Shown one piece after another: positions 23,975-37,357 of a DNA stretch of 64,000 nt. Under the pieces are notes generated by a model that had not been told where the DNA came from, did no database searches, and worked only from the letters and a program-made list of their open reading frames with translations. This DNA comes from Azolla caroliniana (lineage: Eukaryota > Plantae > Polypodiophyta), in the NCBI GenBank assembly GCA_043228905.1, contig JBHGNT010000003.1:14632001-14696000 (forward strand), given 5' to 3'. Every line of letters starts with the position of its first letter. Position 1 is the first letter of the stretch. Made by a program: the position numbers and the translations under genes.

Positions 23975-26900
23975 CTATCCGGCCTTCAATCCTCGTCTAA
24001 AATGTCCAGGATGCTCTGATCGAGGGGCTCTAAGGGTTCTTTGGAATGCTGATCGGACTGTTGTTGCTGCTCCTCCTGCGGCTGCTCCGTTGGTTGTGAA
24101 AGTTGCTCCGGCTATTGCTCCGTTGGATGTTGTTGTGGTTCCTGCTGCTGCACGGTCTCCGGCTCTTCTAGGCATTGCTCCTCCTATGGCTGTGCTGGTG
24201 GTTGTTGCGGTGCCTCCTCCCTTGGTTGCTCCTCCTGAGTTACATTCGGTTGGCTTGTCCCAGCCTTGGCTCGGTCCGTCCCTTGGTCCGACAATGGCTC
24301 TTCATCACTGATATTGATTGTTGTCGTGCTCTTCGTCGCCTCTTGCCGTAGCCTCTCCTTTTCGTAACTTTCAAACTGGATTTGGTTATCCAGCCGATCA
24401 TCGTCCAATGGTGCCACTAGTTGCCGGACCACCGTTATCTGTTCATCAGCCAAGGCTACGAAGTCCTCCACGAATTCATCTATCACGGCAGCAAAGTCTT
24501 CCTTTTCTAGCTTATAGAACTCATCACCTTCTTTCTGCCGGTTTTCCGCGTCCGCCCTTAGCAACTGTAGCTTGGCAACATGCTTCGCCCATTTTGACCA
24601 CCATTATACTGAGTTGTCTTCAATCAAACACTTCGTTCGATTCTTCCATGCATGTACAATGCACCGGATCCACTCCAGCCCCATCTTTGATTTATCTTCA
24701 GCGGTCTGCCGGTCATCTTTCAATTGTTTAATTAGGTTCGCCGTTACCACCTCCTGGTCCTTGTAGCGCATTAGTTGATTCTGATACTTTGTCTGCACTC
24801 TTTGTAAGACCATGGTAGTGCGTTCCGTTTCCCCCTGATGTTGCATCTGGAATTCCATGCGTTCCTTCGCCGCTTCAACTCGTATGGTTTCCTTCTCAGC
24901 CCGTTCTTCTGCTAGTGTCGTCTCTGCTCATTACACTTCAATCTGGAGCTCGAACATCTTTTCCTGCTGCCGGTCAATGTCGGTGATAAGCTTCTTGTAT
25001 TCCGACTCAACATGTTTATAATCCCGGTGCAGGCGGTCAAACTCTTCTAATTTCTGCTTCAGCTTCTGATTGATCTGGAGGCGAGCTCGGTCTTCCCTAT
25101 CCTTTTGCTGTCGAAGCTCTTCTTTGAGTCTCTCGATCTCCATTTCCGTCATCCTTCGGAGTTTATCCTTCTCTTGCAGCACTTTCTCCTTCTCTTCCTT
25201 AAGTCGGTCATAGGCTTGGTGTCCCTTCCATAGACTGTCTTCTGCTCGTCGGAGATTGTTAGCAGTCTTCCGTTGTTCCTCCACCGCCATTTGTAATTCT
25301 CTTTCCCTGGCCCGTAATGCTTCCTATGCGGCCAGGTCTTCTTTGAGAATGGCAAGATCTTGCGCTTGCTTTGTACTTATAACTGGGTTTGTTCCCGGCA
25401 CTGGCGTCGTATTATTATGTACAGTTGTCGGTGTTTCATTATTTTGTAGATGTACCGGAGCCATCGGTTCCTACTCCTGGGGTTCTGTGATGACCTTCTT
25501 AGCCACTTCTTCCTTGGCTATTTCTACTTCTCGTTCCAAGTTCCGGATCCTTGACCGAGCCTTCTCTAGTTCTCCGGTTGTGGCTAGCAACCGGTCCACT
25601 TCTGCTTTCTCCTTTGCCTCCATATAATGGACCACTCCAGCCATTTGCTCACCGACCCACTGCAGCCATTGGCTACCGGTGCCTTGTGGCTGTGTCGATG
25701 CGGAGGGTTGGCCGATTTTTGCGCTTGCCAGTGTTCGAGCTGGTCTGATTGCCAGATCTAGCTCTGGCTGGGTACCACATGGCAGTATCGGCTCTGGTTG
25801 TGCCTGAGTCGGCCGTGCTAGCTCTGGTTGGTCTTGCTGTGCCGGTGAGGTAGGCAACTGAATCACCGACTCCTGAATCATCGGTCTTCTCATGTTCTGA
25901 CCGGCCGGCGAGGGATGTGGCGCAGGAACTTCTGTCACCGGTTTTGCTTGAACCGGTTCCGCTTCCACCCTTGGCTCTAGGCCCTCAGTGCGGGCCATCG
26001 ACATCCTATCTTTTTTTGGACCCGATTGCTTGCCGGCATGGTCGGCAATGCTCTTCTTCTAGCGCCGCTGGAGGTGCTCGCTGGGCTTCTCCGTCGTTTC
26101 CTCCTCCTGAGTCCCAAGATTGATTTCCATGGCCAAGGGATCTGGCTCCTGTTGACCCGATCGGGGAAATGTAATTTTATTGGCCGTGCCGGTGTTGCCT
26201 CCCGCGTCTCTGTCTGGCTAGGCTGCTCGTTCGTCGTTTTCTCCGTCTCGGCCTCTTTCCCCTTGGTTGCCTTAGCAGCCAATAGTTGCTGCCTTTTCGA
26301 AGTCGGTTTGGAGGTTCCTTCGGCCGTTCTTCCCCGCTTCTTTGCCGTGTTGCACTCCACTGGTGTTGCCAACAGTGTGAGCCATTGCGCCATTGCCGAC
26401 CATATTTTTCTTCCATCCTTCCCTCTTACCGAGTCGATGGCCGCGCGCAGTCCGTCAGCGATCAACACCGACTAGTCCACCTGTATGCCTTCATATGTAG
26501 CAATAATTAACCCAGCTCTGTTCCTAGGCATTGCCGGGGGTCGAGAGTAAATATGGCCATACTCGTGCAATACATGGGCAATCTCTCAAAATAAGCCATC
26601 CTCGCCGCCCTGTGTGTGATATGCCTTGCTAGCCAGAGAATACTCACCGAAGTATTTCGTGAGCTGCTCCGGGGTAGGGTTGTCAACGATGAAGATGCCG
26701 CCCTCGGGTAGGCCCGTTAGGGCATGGATGGCCTCCTCTGTGATTACTTCTGTGTCGATGGCTTTGACAACCCTTTCCGCCTCTTTGTGTGGTGGCGCCT
26801 CCATGATCCTCAAGAATCCTTCCAAACCGTGTTGCTTTAACCACTTCTTGGCTGCCTCCAAGAGCGTCATGCAGTCCATTTCTCCTTCTGAGTTGGTGGT

Positions 26901-27008
26901 TGCTGGTGAGGTAGGTGCATTAGGGGGCTCTGGGTGATCGCGTCTGATTATCTTCAATCGACTGTGTGCGTTTGCGATTCTCTGTTCGCGAAATGAGAAG
27001 GCCTCCAT
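23975..27008 (-). pseudogene. Extra ORF downstream of integrase in Gypsy C (N-terminal globular region, Pro/Gln-rich linker, long coiled coil)
   Basis: ORF fragments 26586-27008 and 25977-26468 share one frame. Fragments 25471-26004, 24931-25290, 24604-24858 and 24184-24564 share another frame and are rich in E/K/Q/R heptads. Confidence 0.7.
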
Positions 27009-27275
27009 GCAGTGTAGGTTTTCTTTCTACATGTTCGCGCCTTTCTCGATTCTTGCGCATGCGAACGTCGTGTACTATAATGACAATGAAGTGCCACGTG
27101 GCGGTGTTTTAATGTGCTATAAATAGCCCACTACTTGGCTTTTCAAAGTGCCCGTTCACCCCTCCTTTTCATTGCATGTGACCGTTCGCTCCTCGCCATC
27201 GCCTAGTTTGGGTTTGATTGGATCTGATTCGATTTATTTTATTTTATTTTATTTTATTTTATTTATATAGTAATG

Positions 27276-29100
27276 TTAATATGTATCCGGCCCAAACGGA
27301 CCCATCTCTGGATTGTGCTTGCCGATTGCCTGATCGGTTATCGTCTCGTCGTGCTTACCGGTGTTCGGTACAGTGTCAGCCTTTGTCTGCTCAAACGGGT
27401 TCTTTGGCATGGGTCCATAGTATGGTTTGAGTTGAAACCTTTTCACCCATTTACCCATAACTTTGCCGGCGAGTGTTCCTATCTGGTACGAACCGTTGAA
27501 CTCCCGTGTAATCCAATATGGTCCGGTCCACCGAAATCGTAGCTTCCCTGGCATCTTACCCATCCGGGTCTGGAATACAAGTACCGGCTTGCCGATCCCG
27601 AACCTTTTTTCGTTACCTTTCCGGTGTCGATCGACGAATGCTTTCCTTCTCCGTTGCTCCAGTTCCATGTGCATCAGGCTAGCGATCCGGTGTTCCTCTA
27701 GTTCGCACAATGCTGCTAGCCAGATGGTTTCCGACTCCTTCTCGTTCAGGCGTTCCCTAACCTATAACCGCAAGCTGGGAATCTGGAATTTGATCGGCAT
27801 TACCGCTTCCAATTCGAATGCCAATCGGAAAGGCATTGTCCAGATACTTGTCTTATATGTTGTCCGGTAGGCCCAAAGTGCATTGTGCAGCTTTGTATCC
27901 CAATCCGTCCGGTTCTCATTGACAATTTTCTGGAGGATGTTTTGTAGTGTCTTATTAGTGGATTCGGCTAATCCGTTGGCTTGCGGAGAATACAGAGTGT
28001 TTCGCTTATGCACCACCACATAGAATGTCTTCAAGCTCTCCACCACTTGTCCTAGGAAATGCCCTCCTTGGTCGCTGATTAGCTCGATAGGACATCCATA
28101 CCGGGACCAGATACATTCATATAAAAACTTTGTCGTGGATGCCACGGTGTTGTCACGTAGTGCTTTGGCCTCCAATCACTTAGTGCAGTAGTCCGTAGCG
28201 ACAATCACATATCGGTTGCCGATTCTCATTGTTGGTGGCTTAAATGGGCCGATGAAGTCCAGCCCCCATTTCTGAAATGGTTCCAATGGCAGCACCGGCT
28301 GGTGAGGCATTCTTGCCTGTTCCGTTCGTTGGCCCATCTGTTGACACAAATCGCATTCTTTAGCATACCGGACGACGTCTTTTAATGTTGTTGGCCACCA
28401 TAGGACACTCTGCCATATTTTCCTTGCCGTAGTGTCCCCAGAATAATGCCCTCCGGCAACACCGCAATGTGCTTCGCGCAGTATTTGCCATATGCCGTCT
28501 GCGCCTTTATGATACAGTGTGTCCTGCAGTAGGCAGAAGTGCCGGGTTTGTACTGCTAATATTTTCCGGTCGACTCTGTTCATCTCCTCTGGAGGTAAGC
28601 TAGTGCTCAGGAATTGGTGCATGTTAGTGAGCCACTTCTCCTCCTCGGTGATTGTGCCATCTGTTGTCGTTTCGACTGTGACCCTAAACAAGTCTACATC
28701 TGGGAATTTGTCTGTGACCCCGTCCCCGGTTTCTCTCGAGTCTAACTGGCTCAAATAATCCGCAACCGCATGTTGTATGCCTGGCCAGTGGAATATCTCA
28801 AACTCAAACTCCTGTAATAATAGTGTCCACTGGGCCAACTTACCCTTGAGTGATGCTTTCGAGACCAAGTATAGTAGCACCGAATGATCTACATGAAAGG
28901 AAAATTTCCTCCCCAACAGATAGTATCGGAACTTGGTGACACTATAGATCATGCCCAAGGCCTCTCCTTTTGTCGTAGAGTAATTCCATTCCACCTGGGA
29001 TAGCTTACGGCTGGCATAATACACGGGCCGGTACCACTTGGGTTCGGTAAGCTGCATTAATGCACTCCCTATTGCTATGTCAGACGCGTCTACGAATACG
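27276..29100 (-). pseudogene. pol: Gypsy C RNase H + integrase
   Basis: YYASRKLS, HAVADYLS, H-H-C-C Zn finger, WGLDFIGP, ISDQGGHF, QANGLAES and WTGPY motifs. Confidence 0.92.
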
Positions 29101-29101
29101 T

Positions 29102-32100
29102 TGTCGTGAAGAAAACCGTCCCTTAGCGCAATCGGTGCATAGCGCGTGTGAACCGGCTCTTCACGCGTGCGCGCCCTTAATGTATATAATAAGGAATTAG
29201 GTACATAGGTATATCCTGGGTAGTTAGATTCGGTAGGTAGGAAGTAAATGAGGGAGACGGCTCCCTTCTTGACGCTATAAGGGAGATGCTATAAGGGAGA
29301 GGGAGACGCAGGGAGAAGGGATCGCGCATTGAGGATGAAGTGCTGTCGGACCGTAACCGAACGCTTCTCCTCTGTTTGTTCTCTATTGCTCTTCTCTGCA
29401 GGTTTTCGGGAGGCTCGCGCTGCTTCGAGGAACGCCCATGTGCTTCCGGCAGCACCTCCATCCTATCCCCTTTCGTGCGCAGACGAACAGGCATCGACAT
29501 CTGTTCGCCGGCCTGTTCGGTTGTAACCGCTCGCGTGCTCTGTTGTTTTGTGTCATTTGTTAATATACAAACATTCGTGTCTCTCTGTCTCTGTGTCCGT
29601 TCGTGTTTCGGCGTTGACGGGCCGTGCCCCTGTGTTTCTTTGCTCATACGTAACCGGTCGTCTCTCTCTTTCTCTTTCCCCTCCTATCACCTGCTTTTCG
29701 GTTCAAGACCCCGGTGGTCCCGCCTCGTTTCTCCACGCACGCGCGTAGTAATGCGACATATTTGGTGAATAAGGCGGCAGAGGAGCGGAGATGAAGAGGT
29801 CGGATCTTGCAGAGGCCATGGCTTTGGCCGTGGACCGGATAGTGAGCGCGCGTGAGGGCACCGACGCCCTTGACAGGGCTATTGAGGCGATCGTCGGTAT
29901 GATCGGCCGGTTCAGTGGAAAGGATGCCACGAGTTATTTGGCGTCCTACCGGGCGGAGATGTTGATGAGGGATATTCCGGAAGAGAGGCGTCTTGCCGGA
30001 TTCCCTCGAGTGGCGATGCCCGGCATCCATGCGGAGGTGCTCGAAGTCCGGGCAGAGAGCCGGACCTGGGAGGAGTTCGAAGGACGGCTCCTGGAGAAAT
30101 ACGGGCTGGATGACGCGCTTCGACTTTCGAAGCGGGGCTTCATGGAGTGGGTGGAGTCCCCCAACAAAGGAAGAAATGCGTCGGTACTCCTCCGGGAGTT
30201 TGAGGAACGCTTTGCGCGCCTTTCAGCGCTCGATCGGACCGTTCTGGACACAAGTCGTGTCCTACTGTTTGTCAAATCAGTTGACGCACGGGATCGGGGG
30301 CAAGTCGGCTCCTTACTGGAAACCGAAGACGGGCTGACGGCCGACTGGGCCGCGGTAAAAAGAGTCTGCGGCCGTTTTGACAAACGGTGGGAGTGGGCTG
30401 ATACAGAGGCGACCGGGGCGGGACTTGTCGCAGCAAGGAAGCTCGAACCGATACTGCAGACGTGAAGGGAAGAGACCCGGAGTGGCTCGAAACCGGTTCG
30501 GCTTCGACCGGCGTGGTCAGAGGCTCGTCCGGGGGGACAACTTTGGAGGAGTTGACACGGGCAGTAAAGGATCTCCAGATCGCCCAGGCTCAGAGGGAAG
30601 GCGGCGATCAGGCTCGTGACCGTCGGCCTCCTGCAGGAAATAGGTGCATGTGGTACGACGAGGTCGGCCACATTCGGAAAGACTGCGGGGACTTTGCAGA
30701 GGCTTTGAGAAGCCGGGTAGTGTACCTGTGGGAAGGTCGGGTGCACGCCAGCGATACCCGGAGGGCCCTGAACCGAAATGACGGGCGAGGACGAATGAAA
30801 AGACTGATGGAAGAGGCGGTGGCCCGGCACGCGGAGACCGTCCACTACTCAGTGTCAGCCGGTATTCGGGTCGGAGGCAGCGAGGCCCGGAAGGAGAGCA
30901 AAGCCGGGTTCTCTCCGACGGTGCTGGAAGGCCTCGCCGGTGCCCGACTAAAGAGAGACGAGGCGGACCGCGCGGAGAAGCGGGTCCAGGAGGTAACCGG
31001 GTGGAGTGACCCGGTCGAAGAAAAGACGGGTTTCGTCGAAGCAGCTTGCCAGAACTACGAGGCTCTGGTTGAAGACAAACGGGTAGGTAAAACCGGAGGG
31101 GCCGGACCCTCACAGAGATACGAAACCCGATTCGGGCCGAAACGGAACGAGGCCGGTGAGTCCAGTGCCCAGGATAACCACAAGAAGGGCGGATACTGTT
31201 TGGGCACGGAGATCGAAAGGACCACGGACCTACGAAAGGTCCTGGAAGAACGAATCCTCAACAGCAAAGTGGAACTGTCGTTGCGGGAGGGGCTCGGGAT
31301 CGCCAAGAAGGAGTTCCACGACTCCATTGTGGACTTGGTGAAGAGGAAGAGGCTGTCGATGGAGGCAAAACCGGAAAGGCCGGTGGAGGTGCGGATGGCG
31401 CACATAAAGGACATGGCGCTGGAAGACAAGTGGGTGGAGAGCAACTATTCGAAGCCACACTGGGCCTGAGCGACAACGGAAACCCCGGTGAAGATAGGAG
31501 ATGTTCAGGAACCGGTGGTCGCGCTGGTGGACCACGGTAACTCGGAAATAAACCTGATGTCCATGGACTTCTACAAGAAGGGGAAATGGCCGATCAACAC
31601 TAAGCACGGGTGGAAGATACGGGCGGCAACACACGCCACCGAGGAACTACACGGGGCCTGCCAAAACGTGCGAGTCAAGATCGGCGACGTCGAGATAGAC
31701 CAGCACTTCTTTGTGCAGGAGACGTCCTCGCACCCGGTCATACTGGGAGAACCGTACATTACGGTAGCGCGAATGGAGACCAAGGTGCTGGACAACGAAT
31801 CGGCTTACGCGAGGGTCAAGAGTCAGGATGGGCGTCATTCGGTCCAGTTCTTGACGGTGCGACCGAACCACGAGCGAAACCGCGAGTCCCTCGGTGGCGA
31901 GAACCGAGAGGATTTTTAGAGAGGGCTGCCAAGGCGTGGGGCCGCGATAGTCCGGACACTCCGGGAAACCCCCACAAATGTACGATAGAAGCAAAACCGA
32001 AGAAACCTTGTACCATAAGTAGGAAGTTTTGTTTCTCCGACAACGGAGGGTGTACGATAGTCGGTGTCGTAGGTCGAGAAAAGACAAGGGCAGAAGAGCG

Positions 32101-33358
32101 ACTTCGGGCATGCGGAGTTCTCGGGCCCAGCGAGGAAATCAACGGAGCCGTGGAGGAGGTCTCCTTCGACGATACCTTGGGAATACTGCAAGAGGTGGTC
32201 GGAGAGGGCCTTAAAGAGGACCGGACGATACCGGTTTGTTCAGAAGAGATGTACGAAGTCATCGCGGACTTCAGTCGAGGGCTCGAGTCAGATCAGACGG
32301 CCCAGGTTAACACGAAGTACAAGACTGTGGACCAGAAGGTAAGGCCAGTCGCGGCACCCTTACCGGAGGGCAGCGAGTTGCGAATCAAGGGGGTCGCGTC
32401 GGACCCCAGTTTAGGAGATTCGGCCTGCATAGGGCACACCTTCACCGACAGAACGCTACGGGATCTCAAAATCGATGGGGGCGGGTTCCTACTGCCGGCG
32501 GAAGAAGACCGGTTTCGGAGAATGCTCAGAAGGCACGGGAAAGCCTTCGCATTCTCGCCGGGAGAGATCGGGTGCGTAGACCCAGCAATCGTGAAGCCGA
32601 TGGTGATATTCACGGTACCGCATGTGCCGTGGAATCTCAAACCAATTCCGGTACTGAGAGCTCACATCCTGGAGCTGATGGAGCTGTTGAGGCAGAAAGT
32701 CGATATGGGCATCCTCGAACCGTCGAGTGCCCCGTACTCGAACCGGTGGTTTACCGTACCAAAGAAGAACGGGACGTTGCGCTTCATTCAAGACCTGCAA
32801 TCGGTCAACAGAGTGACTATTCGGAACGCAGGAATCGGACCAACAATAGACGAGTTCGTCGAGGCCTTCGCCGTAAGGTCGATCTACTCAGTCAGTGATC
32901 AGTACTCGGGGTACGATCAGTTCCAACTAGCCGTAGAGAGCAGAGACATTACGATGATGCGGACTCCTCTCGGCCTAGTGCGGATGTGTACCCTGCCACA
33001 AGGAGGGACGAACTCGGTGGCCCACATGGTGAATGCGATGAACAAGGTGCTGAGGGATTGTATCCCAGACATCACCATGCCATTCTTGGACGACATCCCG
33101 ATCAAGGGATGTCCGGTGGAGAAAAAGGACGAAACGATCGGACCAGACGGATGCTGGAAATTTGTGGCGACATACATTGACGACTGCGAGAGGGTGCTAC
33201 AGAGGCTAGAGGACGCAAGGCTCACCTTCTCCGGGGAGAAATCGGCCTTTGGGCAATCAGAAATCATGGTCGTCGGACATCTATGCGGACCGTATGGCCG
33301 GAAACCGTCTCCGGCTAAGGTGGAAGCCATCTTCGCAATGAAGCCCGACTGTACGACC
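29102..33358 (+). mobile_element. Gypsy 'B' (A/B/F family): 5' LTR 29102-29758, decayed PBS, gag-protease, RT; truncated at the RT end
   Basis: TGTCG..CGACA LTR, gag from 29791, decayed Zn knuckle CMWYDEVGHIRKDC, protease LVDHG, RT FLDD. Ends abruptly against inverted element J. Confidence 0.93.
31910..31975 (+). promoter_or_regulatory. Putative -1 ribosomal frameshift signal (G GAT TTT TAG + stem/pseudoknot) between protease and RT
   Basis: The gag-PR frame stops at 31917-31919 and the RT ORF is in the -1 frame. The same signal is at 43971-44014. Confidence 0.7.
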
Positions 33359-34908
33359 AGATCACGCTCCACCCGTATCGGAATGCCGATCTCCACGTGC
33401 CGTGTCCGTCCTCAGCCTTCCCACAGGCCGTCTCCCATCTGACTTCGCTGGCATCGTGCCAGGACTCCTCGGTACCGCCATCCATCTCCTCGGTCTTACA
33501 TGGGCATACGGGCCCGAATGCCGAGTTCTCCGGAATCGGGTCCGTGGGCTTTCGTCCGCTCCTTCCCCGTATCGTCTCGCCGGTGATTCTTGGCCCTCCG
33601 CCGCCGCCTTCCTCCGCTTGGGACTCACGTGGGTACTCGGGCCCGACTGCCATCGTCTTGGGAGTAAGTGTGGGAAGACACAAAGAATCACCCGTCCGTT
33701 TTACGCCCTTGTCCGTAGCCACCGACTCTTCGTGGTCGGCGGTCGTCTTCTTACCGATCACGCAAGCCCCGTCTGGGCTTGCTTCTCCAATGACCGGGAT
33801 CTCGGGCTGACATGCCCGAACCGCTGGTCCCAACGTCCCGGTTCCTCGATCGGTATCTCGGCCTCCTCCTTGGCCGTTCTCTCTCCGCAAGTCGAGAGGG
33901 CGTTTCGTTCCGCACCCTCTTCCGTGGTACCGTGGTACCATTCTCTTTCGGCCTCCTCATCCTCCGATCGCCTCCGGCCCGACTCCATTATAAGCCCTTC
34001 TTCAACTTCGATTTTCCCATTTTCCTCGAGCATCGCTTTGAGAGCTTCGTACGCCTCTGCAATCCTGGCCCCTACGCCGACCCTTGCCAACTCTCTTTGC
34101 CGTTCGGCCTCTTCCCGCTGTGATGGCATGCCGTCGCGTGCCTTCCTCTTAGCCTTCTCGGCTCGCTCTTTGTCTAGCCTTTGGCACACCCTTCCGACCT
34201 TCAACCAGTCCTCCGTAAGCCCATTCGCTCCATCATTGTCTTCGAGCTCAATCCCGATGGCTTCCCGTTCCACCCGGTCGATCGACCTGACGAACAAAAG
34301 GACTTTGTCCGCCCCCACCAAACCTTGTTCCCGCTCTGGGAGCCGAGCAAGTCATCGCTCGAACTCCCGGAATGCCTTCGTTGCACCCCGGTGGGTCTTT
34401 GCCGATGCTACCCACTGGTCGAAGTGGTGTCATCCCCGACTCTTCCGCCGTCCTCCGTATGCCTTCAGGGGCGCCTCTTCGAAGGCCTCCCATGAACCAC
34501 GAGCCTCACGAAGCTCCATTACTTCCGCATGCATCCGGACGGCTACGACCCGACAGAGGAACTCCAGCCTCAACGCCTCGTCTACGCCAGGCTCTTCCAT
34601 TTCCGCGTTGTAGGCTTCCAAGTAAGATGGGACTTTGTCCCCGTTGAAACGGTCGACTCTTTCGACCACTCGCCCAACCGCTTGTTGCGCTGCTTCTCGC
34701 CTCATCACCACTCGTGCCGACTCCAACACCACTTTGGCCACCATCTCCGCAAGGTCGTCGTCGGGTTCACCAAAGATGTCGCGTTGTTACGCGCATGCGT
34801 GGAGAAAGGCGGGACCACGGGGGTCTTGGACTAGGGAGCGATGGAGCGTAGGAAGTCGTGCTTCACGGCTTCTGGGGCATCTCAGAAACACACCGGAAGC
34901 AACCGATA
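33359..34908 (-). mobile_element. Gypsy 'J' (relative of A/B/F): shortened 5' LTR 34777-34908, tRNA-Trp PBS, degenerate gag
   Basis: Minus strand reads ...TAACAACGCGACA-TCTT-TGGTGAACCCGACG. The gag-like VDRFNGDKVPSYLEAYNAEM and VLLFVRSID are homologous to B gag. Confidence 0.85.
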
Positions 34909-35315
34909 GCGGGAAACCCGGGTTTGAATCCCTGCAACGGCGCGAAGGGCGGGGCAAATCCGATGTCATGTCCTACGGAACAGTCGCCTGGGATACCGCA
35001 CCGCCATATCCTCAATGCTTTCCTCGCTCCCCCGGATCCTCTACCCCTTCCAGAGGAGAGTTGGTTGTCCACGAGGCAGGGTGCATATCACCATATGATG
35101 TCTCCTAAGTGTACTCGTGGGTATTCCCGCCCATAAGCATGCGAATTTCGTTGTGACCCGTGTAGTGGCGATGAAACCTTGCCCAGTTTTCGACATTCGG
35201 GTCCATGCTCTGAACTAGTAACTCGATCGAAACTTCCAACACGAGGATGTCGTTGTAGTATAGTGGTCAGTATTTCCGCCTGTCACGCAGGCGACCCGGG
35301 TTTGATCCCCGACAA
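34909..35315 (+). repeat. Displaced single tRNA-Asp array unit, a duplicate of 11919-12325
   Basis: Shares private variants with that unit: GAAACCCGG, a deletion in the CCCTTCC..AGAG hairpin, GATGTCTCCT and GTCAGTATTTCCGCC. Confidence 0.9.
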
Positions 35316-35344
35316 TGAAGTGATGCCGACAACAATTCCAGCCC

Positions 35345-36843
35345 TCTCTAATACCGGTGCCTGCAAAATAGCCTTGACCTTATCCGGGTCCACGACAATC
35401 CCTTCCTTGCTAACAATATGACCCAGCAATGTGCCGTTGGTCACACCAAAGACGCATTTTGTTGGGTTTAAGCTTAACTGGTATCCTTTTCACTTTTCCA
35501 AGCATAACCTGAGATGGTCGAGATGTTCCCCTTTCCGGCTCTATACCGCGAAGTCATCCAGGAATACCTGCATAAGTACTAGTATGAATTCTCCAAATAC
35601 TTCCATAATAATCCTCTGAAAGGTTGTCGGTGCCATCTTGAGTTCGAACATCATTACAACTGCTACAAAGACTCCCCATTCTATCACGAACGCCATCTTT
35701 TCTTGATCATCCGGGTGCATCCTTATTTGGTTATATCCGCTGAAACTGTCGAGGAAGCTATAAACCTCGTGCCTGGCTACCGCATCTAAAACCCCATCCG
35801 TAAACGGAAGCGAAAATGTGTTGGTGACCGTTGCCACGTTCAATTTCCGGTAATCCATGCAAACACGGATCTTGTCGTTCTTCTTTGGCACTACGACAAT
35901 TGGACTTAGCCAAGTGGCTTTCTTCACCAGCCGGATAAGGCCAACTCGAAATAGATTGTCAATTTCCTCCTTTACTCTTGCCTCATAGTTTGGGTTCATC
36001 CGATAACGTCATTGTGCCATCGGCTTAGTGCCCTTGCTAAGGTGAATCTGGTCTTGATAGAGTTGGGGGTCAAGTCCCCGCATATCTTCCGTTTGCACAA
36101 TCTATGGAGATATCGCATCTGCCACATCCACATCAAACAGAGGGACTATACTTGGGTTTTCTTCAAGGTGGCGATCTACCTCCTCGTCGGCCAGTCCTAC
36201 CAGCATGTTCACACTTTTGACATATAATGGGGTTATATCTTTGTCGGGGCGTGCTTGTGGTTGCGTGGGTACGCTTACTTTCATTTTCCCTCTTCAGAAT
36301 GTAATATTGTTCTTCTACAATTTCTGTTTGATACGGGCAGTCCTCAACCATGATCGTCCCAGCAGTAGTGGGTATGCCCCTTGAGCGTTCAGTTGGAGCA
36401 CTACCGCAGAAATTCGAAAAGCATGGCCTCTGATCGTCACCTCAAAGTCCCAGATCAAACCAGCCGGTCAGACTGAGCTGGTGTCCGCCATCCGGAGCCA
36501 GAATGGGCATGGTTTTCACTCCTGAATTCCCAAACTGTTGCATGTCCGGAGGCTTATCACGTTTACTCCTGATCCACCATCAACTATCGTACCCGGTAGC
36601 TCATGTCCTTTAATAATCGCGGTGATTGCAGGAATGCTAGTGTCCACCACTGCCAGTCCTTCCTCCGGATTTGAAAAGAATGCCAGAGCCAGTGCAAGAC
36701 TTAACGGAGCCATCGCCAATTTCAACCCGTCGGTGAACCGGGGCACTAGTTACAGTAACCAGTCGAGTGGTAACGTGATTTGGCATTCTTGAAGTGCTTG
36801 CCACGTGGGGTTCTCCGGATGTGCCTTTACGGTGAGTTCCTCC
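35345..36843 (-). pseudogene. pol: Gypsy C protease + reverse transcriptase
   Basis: IVDGGSGVNV protease; WLSPIVVVPKK, DYRKLN, SGYNQI and FLDD RT motifs. Confidence 0.92.
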
Positions 36844-37357
36844 TGTTCAGAGACAAGCTCAACATTGGCCGGATCGGTTGAGCAAGCCGAGGACCGGATC
36901 AGTTGGGACCGATCGGTTAGGCCAGATCAGTTGGAAACCGGTACGCAGACCGGTGCGTAGGAAGGCCGGATCGGTGCGGAAACCGGGAGGCCATCGGAAA
37001 GATATTCCGCAAGAAATATATTTGGGAGTTAGTGTAGGGGCTCCTCAATGAGCATTGAAGTACTGTTAGTACTTCTGTCAATCCAAAAAGGACTTGTATA
37101 AAAGTGTTCATTGAAAACACACGATGTACAGATCGAGTATCAGTTTTTGAATTAAGTTCTTGGGTTTACTCTCTCTCTGTCTCTCCCGTGCGTACTATGC
37201 AAACCTAAGCTTTCCATTAAACCTACATTTTCTGTTGTTCGGTTTCCTATATTGCTTCCGCACGCCATTCTTTTCATGGTATCAGAGCGTGAGGGTTGAG
37301 AACCTCTGCAGTCGACTTTGCTTGAAGGAAAAACAACGAAGAAGAACAAGAAAACCG

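Noticed and set aside
33402-34613. 403-aa Ser-rich plus-strand ORF (and similar antisense ORFs such as 29946-30845 and 52603-53367)
   Set aside because: These are antisense shadows of GC-rich gag/pol sequence with no independent protein features.
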